From: Flavobacteriales bacterium
Lineage (GTDB): Bacteria; Bacteroidota; Bacteroidia; Flavobacteriales_D; SKUL01
Length of the DNA: 54,193 nt
Assembly: GCA_007129985.1 (NCBI GenBank)
Contig: SKUL01000292.1
Span: 1 to 54,193, forward strand
Direction of reading: 5' to 3'
Part shown: positions 1 to 6,975 of the stretch, one piece after another
Numbering within the stretch: the stretch's first letter is position 1
How the letters are laid out: each line of letters opens with the position of its first letter
Translations under genes and position numbers: made by a program
Notes under the pieces: model-generated
Databases searched by the model: none
Told to the model about the DNA's origin: nothing
Seen by the model: the letters and a program-made list of their open reading frames with translations, nothing else

Positions 1-1
1 G

Positions 2-268
2 CTGAAAGGAGATAAGTTTAAGCCTGAACACTTGGGACAGCTAAACTTTTATCTGGAGGCGCTGGACAGAGACGTCAAAAAACCGAATGAAAACCCGAGC
101 ATTGGCGTTCTTTTGTGCAAGGACAAAGACAGTGAAGTTGTTGAGTATGCCTTAAGCAGAAGCCTCTCTCCAACAATGATATCAGAGTATAAAACCCAAC
201 TTCCCGACAAAACGCTACTGCAAAAGAAACTACAGGAGCTGTTCGATAATGAAAGTCCTGTTGATTAG
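2..268 (+). CDS. PDDEXK nuclease-like protein, YhcG/DUF1016 family (C-terminal fragment, 5' end outside window)
   Basis: The frame is open from the window edge (LKGDKFKPEHLGQLNFYLEALDRDVKK...GVLLCKDK..VVEYAL). I recall the FKPEH.GQLNFY and GVLLC motifs from DUF1016/YhcG proteins. Confidence 0.65.
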   Translation: MKGDKFKPEHLGQLNFYLEALDRDVKKPNENPSIGVLLCKDKDSEVVEYALSRSLSPTMISEYKTQLPDKTLLQKKLQELFDNESPVD

Positions 269-767
269 CCCCCGCACCCACGAAGCTCTGCTTCGGCGGT
301 GTTTAATCCTGTAAGCGCTGCTTACACTCATTATTTTCCGGGCAACCCCATTATCGTACGAAATGAAATTCGACGAAGCAAACCCTTTCGAATGTTTTAG
401 CAGCAATTGCCATTTGAATCCGACGAACGTCCGAATTGCCTGCCTGCGGCATGACAGGCGGTTTAAAGGCTTAACCGCCCAGCCTACGGCGGGCTGGTAA
501 GGGGCGCAATCCCGACATGAGTCGGGTCTCTAGTAGCGCTAAGAGATTGAATGTCACAAAAAATATAATCCTGCTTAACTTATCAACGCCTCCACACCTC
601 TTGAACGAGAAACAGGAAAGAAGTATCTTACAACAAGAACATCACGCTTCATTATTTGATGCCTTCTATCTGGAAATTCTAAGAACTGGCCTGGGACATG
701 AACCGAAATTCTTGTCTGTGAAAGAATAAATACTTACCTTTGACGTTAGTAACGTAAAGCAGAATTA

Positions 768-1052
768 ATGATCAAGGGGTTTGGTGATAAAGAATCCGAA
801 AAAATCTGGACTGGTTCTCGGTCGAAAAAATTGCCAAACGAGATTCAAGATGTTGCGCGTCGAAAATTGAGAATGCTCAACAATGCTCAGGATGTGAACG
901 ATCTTCGCATTCCCCCCGCCAACCGACTTGAAAAATTGAAGGGTGATCTCGAGGAATACCATAGCATACGGATTAACAACCAATGGCGAATCATCTTTAA
1001 ATGGATCAGTAATGATGCATACGAAGTAAGAATAGTAGACTATCATAAATGA
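768..1052 (+). CDS. higB: Type II toxin HigB (RelE/ParE superfamily, plasmid maintenance system killer family)
   Basis: 94 aa. The pattern MIKGF.DK..EKIW.G......P.EIQ..ARRKL..L.....DLR.PP.NRLEKLKGDL...HSIRIN.QWRI.F.W is typical of HigB. The toxin-first order with a HigA partner 7 nt downstream supports the call. Confidence 0.9.
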   Translation: MIKGFGDKESEKIWTGSRSKKLPNEIQDVARRKLRMLNNAQDVNDLRIPPANRLEKLKGDLEEYHSIRINNQWRIIFKWISNDAYEVRIVDYHK

Positions 1053-1059
1053 AACAGAT

Positions 1060-1359
1060 ATGTCAAAGCTGAAAAATATTCACCCGGGTGAAATCCTACA
1101 CGAAGAATTCTTGGTTCCGATGGAGATTTCTGCATACCGTTTGGCCAAGGAAACTTTTCTCCCTCAAACCCGCATTTCCGAAATTATAAAGGGGAACCGC
1201 AGAATTACTGCTGACACAGCCATTCGCCTTGCTAAGTTTTTTGGAACCAGCGCCAAGTTTTGGTTGGGCCTTCAAGATGATTATGACCTTGAAGAAGAGC
1301 AAAATCAAAAAGAGCAAGAGTTCAACAATATTAAGCCCATGGCAGGAAACGCTGCATAA
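1060..1359 (+). CDS. higA: Antitoxin HigA (XRE-type HTH addiction module antidote protein)
   Basis: 99 aa. The HPGEIL.EEFL.P..IS...LA......RISEII.G.R.ITADTA.RL..FFGTS..FWL.LQ..YDL signature matches the HigA family. Confidence 0.9.
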   Translation: MSKLKNIHPGEILHEEFLVPMEISAYRLAKETFLPQTRISEIIKGNRRITADTAIRLAKFFGTSAKFWLGLQDDYDLEEEQNQKEQEFNNIKPMAGNAA

Positions 1360-1387
1360 TCGTAAGCAGTGGTTTTACGGTTAAACA

Positions 1388-2305
1388 TCACACCCCCCGC
1401 ACCCGCTTCTTCCAATTCACCAGGTACACGCCGGCAATAATCACGCTCGAGAACAAGATATCTGTCAGGGTGATGCGCTCGCCGTCAACCACGCCCCAAA
1501 GAATGGCAACCAGGGGCATCATGTAGGTAACCGACGAAGCAAACAGGGCATTGCTGATTTTAATCAGGTGGTTGAAGAGAATGAGCGAAACCGAGGTGCC
1601 AAACACGGCCAGCACGGCCACAAAGGGCACGCCCGCTCTTAGCTGAGGTTCGTGAATCAGGGCGCCAAAAAAACCGGTGGCTGCCAGATAAACCAAGGCC
1701 AGGGGACCAACAAAAAGCAAGGCAATTCCGGCAAGGGGAAGAGAGTCAACCTCGGCCAGTTTGTTGCGGATGATGTTCACGCTCATGGCGTAAAACACGG
1801 TGGCCACCACCACCAGCACGTATGCCCATGCGGGCGCACCGGCCACCCCCTCAATATGGCCCGATATTAACATCACAGCTCCGGCCAGCGCCAGCAAAAT
1901 GCCCAGGTAGTTTACCGCGTGGTAGCGCAAACGGAAAACCACCATGGCAATAAGCAGTGTAAACAAAGGGGTGAGCGCGTTGAGGATTCCCGTTACGCCG
2001 CTGTCCAGCACGGTTTGCGCCGATGTGAAAAGAAAAGCAGGAATTCCGTTGCCGAGCAGTCCCACCAACAGTAACCAAAGCCAGTGTTTGCGAAGCGTCG
2101 CACGAAGGTTTCGCAGTATAAAGGGTAGAAACACTGCGCTGGCAATCACCAATCGCAAGGCGGCCACTTGCTCGCTGCTCATCCGCCTGCTCATATCCGC
2201 GTTGAACATGGCCTTTTTCATGAGGATAAACGAACTGCCCCAGGTAAGAGCCAGCACAATAAGAAGTATCCACGCGAGATGGCGGCTATTCAGAATTCGG
2301 TTCAA
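1388..2305 (-). CDS. EamA/DMT family transporter
   Basis: 305 aa with about 10 predicted hydrophobic helices. There is a duplicated EamA-like architecture with N-terminal W(G)SSF and a second-half repeat. Confidence 0.8.
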   Translation of the reverse strand: MNRILNSRHLAWILLIVLALTWGSSFILMKKAMFNADMSRRMSSEQVAALRLVIASAVFLPFILRNLRATLRKHWLWLLLVGLLGNGIPAFLFTSAQTVLDSGVTGILNALTPLFTLLIAMVVFRLRYHAVNYLGILLALAGAVMLISGHIEGVAGAPAWAYVLVVVATVFYAMSVNIIRNKLAEVDSLPLAGIALLFVGPLALVYLAATGFFGALIHEPQLRAGVPFVAVLAVFGTSVSLILFNHLIKISNALFASSVTYMMPLVAILWGVVDGERITLTDILFSSVIIAGVYLVNWKKRVRGV

Positions 2306-2401
2306 GGCTTGAAAATGAATGCCAAAAAACCTTTTTTTCGGCGCTCAAAGAACAGAAAAGTTTTACTTTTGTTGCTCTCGTATCACACAATCTCCCGAGC
2401 G

Positions 2402-2917
2402 ATGAAAAACTTACAATACGGCCTTTTATTCTTTGCACTGCTGGCACTGTCTTGCGAGCAAAGTCAACAACATCAAACCGAAACCGCCATTGAAACAGTT
2501 GTGCGCGAAGTGCGTACCGATGGCCCGGCAAAATCTTTGGCCCACCTCTCCATCGAAGGTATGGGCTGTGAAATGGCCTGTGGAAGCGCTATCAAAAAAG
2601 CCCTGAACGGACTGGACGGCGTTATCATCACCGAAATCAACTACGAGGGAGACCGCGATGTGAACTTTGCCGTGGTGGAGTTCGATGAGTCCAAACTCGG
2701 TTCTGAGCATTTGGCCGACGCGGTGAACAATCTTCGCAAAGGTCATTACTCTGTAAGCGCCATTAGCCTTGAGCGCCACATCCCTGCCGGCGAAAGCGCC
2801 TCACAGGATGAAGGAACATCCACCGAGGGCAAAACTTCGGGTGCCGACAGGAGCATAGAAACCCGCAGTATCACCATTCCCAACCTCCTGGATGTGCTGA
2901 ATACGGTGCTGCGTTAA
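2402..2917 (+). CDS. Heavy-metal-associated (HMA) domain lipoprotein
   Basis: I trimmed the track ORF 2168..2917 to ATG 2402, because the upstream part overlaps the EamA gene. MKNLQYGLLFFALLALSC is a lipoprotein signal with a lipobox Cys. LSIEGMGCEMACGSAIKKALNGLDGV is an HMA ferredoxin-like metal-binding motif. Confidence 0.75.
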   Translation: MKNLQYGLLFFALLALSCEQSQQHQTETAIETVVREVRTDGPAKSLAHLSIEGMGCEMACGSAIKKALNGLDGVIITEINYEGDRDVNFAVVEFDESKLGSEHLADAVNNLRKGHYSVSAISLERHIPAGESASQDEGTSTEGKTSGADRSIETRSITIPNLLDVLNTVLR

Positions 2918-3084
2918 TTTTGCAAAGCGCACGAATTCTGATTGTTATTTCTTTTTGTTGAGGAAAGTGCAGAAAATTTGCTCTACTCCAAAACCTTTCC
3001 TGCCTAAGGGCGTTTTACATTCACAAAGCATTTAAGATGCTGCTTCGCAAGAAGCGGTGGAGTAGTGTAAGTTGGTTTACATAG

Positions 3085-3116
3085 GGCCGGACAGTTGTCC
3101 GGCCTTATGTATTTTT
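3085..3116 (+). terminator. Rho-independent terminator
   Basis: GGCCGGAC-agtt-GTCCGGCC forms a perfect 8-bp GC-rich stem with a 4-nt loop. It is followed by ttatgtaTTTTT. Confidence 0.65.
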
Positions 3117-3202
3117 GGGAGAAAGGTGACTACAGGCACACAGTTTGCGGAGACTAATCGTAGCCGAATGGCTACCTTTGTCAAAACCTGCTTACGCTTT
3201 CA

Positions 3203-3982
3203 ATGACCTGCATTTTTTCACGTGCATTTGCCCTGTTTTCGCTGCTGGTTGGCAGCCTTTTTTTTGTGGCTCCTCATACCTTGTCGGCGCAAAACCAGGT
3301 TCGCCCCGACCCCTACGGTCAGTGGTTGATGTACTTTGGCGATAACAAGCTCTCCGATAGAATAGGTCTTCACACCGAACTTCAGTTGCGCAATTACCTG
3401 CTTCGCGAAACCGTAGAGCAGTCGCTGGCAAGGGTGGGCCTCAACGTGTACCTCAATCCTGCCACCATGGCCACGGCCGGATATGCCTTTATCTACACCA
3501 CGCCCTCGCGCGAGAACGTGGAGGGTTTTACCGTGCGCGAACACCGCTCGTGGCAGCAGCTCATTATGCGGCAGCGCTCTCGAAATCTGTTTTTGGAACA
3601 CCGCTACAGACTTGAACAGCGTTTTATTGACAACCTCGATACCCGCAATTCCAAATTCGAGAACCGCGTGCGCTATAGGTTGCAGGCCATTGTTCCGTTT
3701 TACACCATCTCGCCCCACTTGCGCCACTTCTTCTTTGCCAGCTACAATGAGCTTTTTGTTAATTTCGGCAAACAGGTGGCCGGTGAAGTTTTCGACAGAA
3801 ACAGATTTTACCTCGCTTTCGGCTATCAGTTCAGTCCGAAATTCAACTTCCAGGTGGGGTACTTGCATCAGTATATCAGCATTCCCGGAGCAACTTCGGG
3901 CAATGTGAACCATAACTTACAGGTGGGTATATCCTACAATATGGACGACCTTATGCCCACTATGTTCAGACGAAGCGAATGA
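3203..3982 (+). CDS. DUF2490 domain-containing outer-membrane-like protein
   Basis: 259 aa with a signal peptide ending at SAQ. The motifs EHR.WQQL, HRYRLEQRF and RVRYRLQ match my recollection of DUF2490. Confidence 0.7.
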   Translation: MTCIFSRAFALFSLLVGSLFFVAPHTLSAQNQVRPDPYGQWLMYFGDNKLSDRIGLHTELQLRNYLLRETVEQSLARVGLNVYLNPATMATAGYAFIYTTPSRENVEGFTVREHRSWQQLIMRQRSRNLFLEHRYRLEQRFIDNLDTRNSKFENRVRYRLQAIVPFYTISPHLRHFFFASYNELFVNFGKQVAGEVFDRNRFYLAFGYQFSPKFNFQVGYLHQYISIPGATSGNVNHNLQVGISYNMDDLMPTMFRRSE

Positions 3983-5910
3983 TGAGATGGGGATTAGTAT
4001 TTGTGTTGATTGCCGGAATGACGCTTCCCGCCGTGGCTCAGGAAATGAAAACATTTCGCGACGGAAAGGGGTTGAAGGGCGAGATTCAGTTTCGGGGTGC
4101 ACTACCCGATAGTCTCCTTCCCGCCAATGGTCCTTATGAACTGCGATGGCGGGATTTGAGCAACGACAGCCTTGTTACCTACAGCGTAAAAGGAAAGGTA
4201 AAAAACCATCTGCCGGAAGGGGAATGGGAGTGGAACGAAGGACATTGGCACTACGACATCCACCCCGGAAGCGGCATCCAACCTGAGTTTGAGCTGAGCG
4301 GCTACGTAAAAGCTTGGAAGGGTGCTTTCTCGAAAGGTTATCCCGATGGAAAGTGGTTGTTCACGCTCGACTCACTGCACAAATCAGCACAGCAAAAAGA
4401 CGGATTGAGCATAGAGTGCACCTTCAAGGCCGGAAAAACGGCCGGTCGTTTTCGTGTGAACGACAAGTTGGACAACAGCGCCTTTTCGCTCAAAGGACAA
4501 TGCAACGAAGAGGGCTACGCAGAGGGAAAATGGGAATATTCCTATCATCTTCCGGGCGAAAAGCAGGCCATCACTGAAGAACGTACCTACCGCAACGGCT
4601 TGCTGACCAACAGGAAAATTGTGCGTGGAAAAGAATCGGAAAGCCATGCCAACGAGCATGTTTCAGAACTACTACAAGCCCTTGACTCCGGTTCGGAACA
4701 TCCGCGTTTTGCCATTGGCGAAGACGATTTCAGCAACGACGGTCAGGGAGGTTTTCCCGAATTGATGTTTGACAGATACCGACGCTGGGCTTCGATTGCA
4801 GGCTGGAACCATCCGGAATTTCACTTTGAGCCGGGTCGCAAAGGGCCCATGTTTAAGAGGCTGAGCTATCCGCGCAACAAGAGCGAGCAAAAAGCACTTG
4901 TTGAAACCGACAGCTTGTCTCAATTCATGCAAGACCAGATTGCCAAACGTCTCGATTACCGCAACCTCATGATTAACCGTGGCCGAACGCCCAGTCTTGA
5001 CCTCGCCATCAGCTACGCGGAGGGTTCACTCAGCAGACTTACCACGCTCGATTCCTTGCTCGAGCTCAGCAACGCGCACGACTTTATCTACGTGAATCGC
5101 TACGATTCGTCCATGGTGAAACTATTGGAGCGGCTCAATAATCCCACGCTTGTAGAGGCCCAGCTTCACGATGTGCCCCCCGTGGTGTTGCCCGTGGCTG
5201 CCTTCAGCGTAGATTCCATTGACCTGTACCACGCCTTTGCGCGTTTTGCGCGCGATTTGTCACGTCAACTTCCGGTGTATTTGGCCACCATTGATAGAGG
5301 TTATCGCGACATGACGCGCGAGGCTGCACTTTTGGAGCTTTCGGACGAACTCACGCAACACCAGCAGGAATTGCAGGAAGCCTATCAACACACGGGTGAA
5401 ACGGGAAGCATTGTAGCCAAGCGCTGGGTGAAGGAGCACCTTGAGTCAGAGCTTCAGTTTTTTTCGCGCACCGACGTGTACGAACAAGCCATGGAAGTGG
5501 GCGCCGCCGTGGTGGTCAAGATGGATTCTCTGCTGGCCTGGGAGCCGCATTGGAACGCTTTCGACAGCATCCCCATTCGCATGAAAAGGGCCTACACCGA
5601 TTACCTATATAACCCCTACACCGGCGAGCGCGATGTGGAGGTGAGGCTTAAAAAGCGGTTCTACCACCAGATGAGGGACGTGCTTTGGCCCCACATGCGC
5701 GATGAATTGCACAACGCTCCTGACTGGGATACTTTTGTTGAGCGCTGGGAGATTTATCGCGAAACCTATCGGAATGTTGAGTTGTTTGCCCAATGGGACG
5801 ACCGTTCGGCAACGCGTCTGGAGCGCAGGTTGAGAAAAGAAAAATCACCCGAAAAAATAATCACCGAACTCAACAACTGGGTGCGCGACAACCGCGGCTT
5901 GTACCGTTAA
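3979..5910 (+). CDS. Secreted hypothetical protein with MORN/YwqK-like G.W repeats
   Basis: 643 aa with a signal peptide (MMRWGLVFVLIAGMTLPAVAQE). The N-terminal third carries repeated EGEWEW, DGKWLF and EGKWEY units, and the C-terminal part looks helical. The start overlaps the upstream stop by 4 nt (ATGA). Confidence 0.6.
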   Translation: MMRWGLVFVLIAGMTLPAVAQEMKTFRDGKGLKGEIQFRGALPDSLLPANGPYELRWRDLSNDSLVTYSVKGKVKNHLPEGEWEWNEGHWHYDIHPGSGIQPEFELSGYVKAWKGAFSKGYPDGKWLFTLDSLHKSAQQKDGLSIECTFKAGKTAGRFRVNDKLDNSAFSLKGQCNEEGYAEGKWEYSYHLPGEKQAITEERTYRNGLLTNRKIVRGKESESHANEHVSELLQALDSGSEHPRFAIGEDDFSNDGQGGFPELMFDRYRRWASIAGWNHPEFHFEPGRKGPMFKRLSYPRNKSEQKALVETDSLSQFMQDQIAKRLDYRNLMINRGRTPSLDLAISYAEGSLSRLTTLDSLLELSNAHDFIYVNRYDSSMVKLLERLNNPTLVEAQLHDVPPVVLPVAAFSVDSIDLYHAFARFARDLSRQLPVYLATIDRGYRDMTREAALLELSDELTQHQQELQEAYQHTGETGSIVAKRWVKEHLESELQFFSRTDVYEQAMEVGAAVVVKMDSLLAWEPHWNAFDSIPIRMKRAYTDYLYNPYTGERDVEVRLKKRFYHQMRDVLWPHMRDELHNAPDWDTFVERWEIYRETYRNVELFAQWDDRSATRLERRLRKEKSPEKIITELNNWVRDNRGLYR

Positions 5911-5934
5911 TCCCGCCCTCAAAAATGTAACCGT

Positions 5935-6972
5935 ATGGACAGGTGGATGTTGTTTGCTTCGCGTTGGGCCTTAATCATGGTATATCTTGTGATTCTTGCG
6001 GGCTCGGTGGTGCGGATGACCGGCTCCGGAATGGGCTGTCCGGACTGGCCCAAGTGTTTCGGGTTCCTTATTCCACCTACCCAGGAGGAGCAGCTCATGT
6101 GGAAGGCCAACACAAGCTACAACAAAGGCCAGATGATTCTGGGCGACGACGAATTGCTCGTGGCCAAAGAGAAATTCACCACCACGGAGGTTTTTTCTCC
6201 GCAAAACTGGCGCGTGTACGACAAGCACGACTACACCATTTTCAACCCCGTTCACACGTGGATTGAGTACATCAATCGCCTGCTGGGCGCACTTTCGGGG
6301 ATTCCGGTTTTGTTGCTTTTTGTGCTGGCCACCATCCGCATTCGCAGCGATGTGTTTACGTGGTTGCTCAGCGCGGGTGCCCTTTTTGCTCTGGGCTTTG
6401 TGGCCTGGCTTGGCAAACTCGTGGTGGATGGCAACCTCATACCGCACAGCATTACCTACCACATGTTCGGAGCCATTGCCTTGCTGCTCTTGGTGGTGGC
6501 GGTGCTTTTCCGAAAAAGCAAGCGCAGACTGGAGCTTCAAATCAAAGATTCGCGTTTCATTGGACTGACTTCGCTGGTGATGCTCCTCACCCTCACGCAG
6601 GTATATCTCGGTACCAACGTACGCGAACAGGTAGATGCCTTGCTCATTGATGGTTTGCGCAATGAGGTGACTGCCAATCTGGATGCCGTGTTTCTCATTC
6701 ACCGGAGCTTTTCTATTCTCATTCTGCTCGCATACATCTGGATGCTCAGAAAGATGATGGAGGCCGGTCTTCCGCGCAATTGGGTGGTGGTGATTGTCGC
6801 CTTGCTCGGCGTGGAGATTTTTGCGGGAGTAATTTTGAACTACGCCGGTTTTCCCGCCTTTGCCCAGCCGGTTCATCTGCTGGCTGCGCTGATGCTGGTG
6901 GGAGCCTTGTTTTATCTTTGGCTCCATGTTCTCGCGCAAACCAAAACTCCCAGACCCTCGCTTTCGGTTTAA
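5935..6972 (+). CDS. ctaA: Heme A synthase (COX15/CtaA family)
   Basis: 345 aa polytopic membrane protein. The N-terminal VVRMTGSGMGCPDWPKCFG motif is characteristic of CtaA/COX15. Confidence 0.8.
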   Translation: MDRWMLFASRWALIMVYLVILAGSVVRMTGSGMGCPDWPKCFGFLIPPTQEEQLMWKANTSYNKGQMILGDDELLVAKEKFTTTEVFSPQNWRVYDKHDYTIFNPVHTWIEYINRLLGALSGIPVLLLFVLATIRIRSDVFTWLLSAGALFALGFVAWLGKLVVDGNLIPHSITYHMFGAIALLLLVVAVLFRKSKRRLELQIKDSRFIGLTSLVMLLTLTQVYLGTNVREQVDALLIDGLRNEVTANLDAVFLIHRSFSILILLAYIWMLRKMMEAGLPRNWVVVIVALLGVEIFAGVILNYAGFPAFAQPVHLLAALMLVGALFYLWLHVLAQTKTPRPSLSV

Positions 6973-6975
6973 GTG

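Noticed and set aside
360-480. Strings reminiscent of tmRNA (ttcgacg, tttagcagc) and of integron attC cores (GCTTAAC).
   Set aside because: There is no tRNA-like acceptor or T-arm, no plausible tag reading frame ending in ALAA, no paired R'/R'' cores at attC spacing, and no integrase in view. The resemblance is limited to 6-7-mers.
517-729. A 70-aa ORF in the gap upstream of higB.
   Set aside because: It has no recognisable motif, starts inside the hairpin cluster, and looks compositionally like non-coding DNA. It is possibly a gene remnant but is not supportable as a CDS.
2168-2401. The N-terminal extension of the HMA lipoprotein ORF. Similar extensions occur at 25712-25780, 45683-45808, 46729-46800, 41992-42129, 49119-49262 and 50754-50789.
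   Set aside because: The extensions overlap neighbouring genes or precede obvious signal peptides or conserved N-termini. Internal ATGs give products of canonical length.
5971-6939. A 322-aa ORF on the minus strand, and similar long antisense ORFs at 3218..3913, 13988..14779, 15727..16200, 19103..19786, 37485..38102, 38892..39473, 40151..41047 and 43778..44434.
   Set aside because: Each lies entirely inside, and antisense to, a gene with strong family motifs (ctaA, DUF2490, rng, prfB, gcvP, efp, lpxA, lpxC-fabZ, porX). Their sequences are low-complexity and rich in R, H, G and Q. These are shadow ORFs typical of roughly 50% GC coding DNA.
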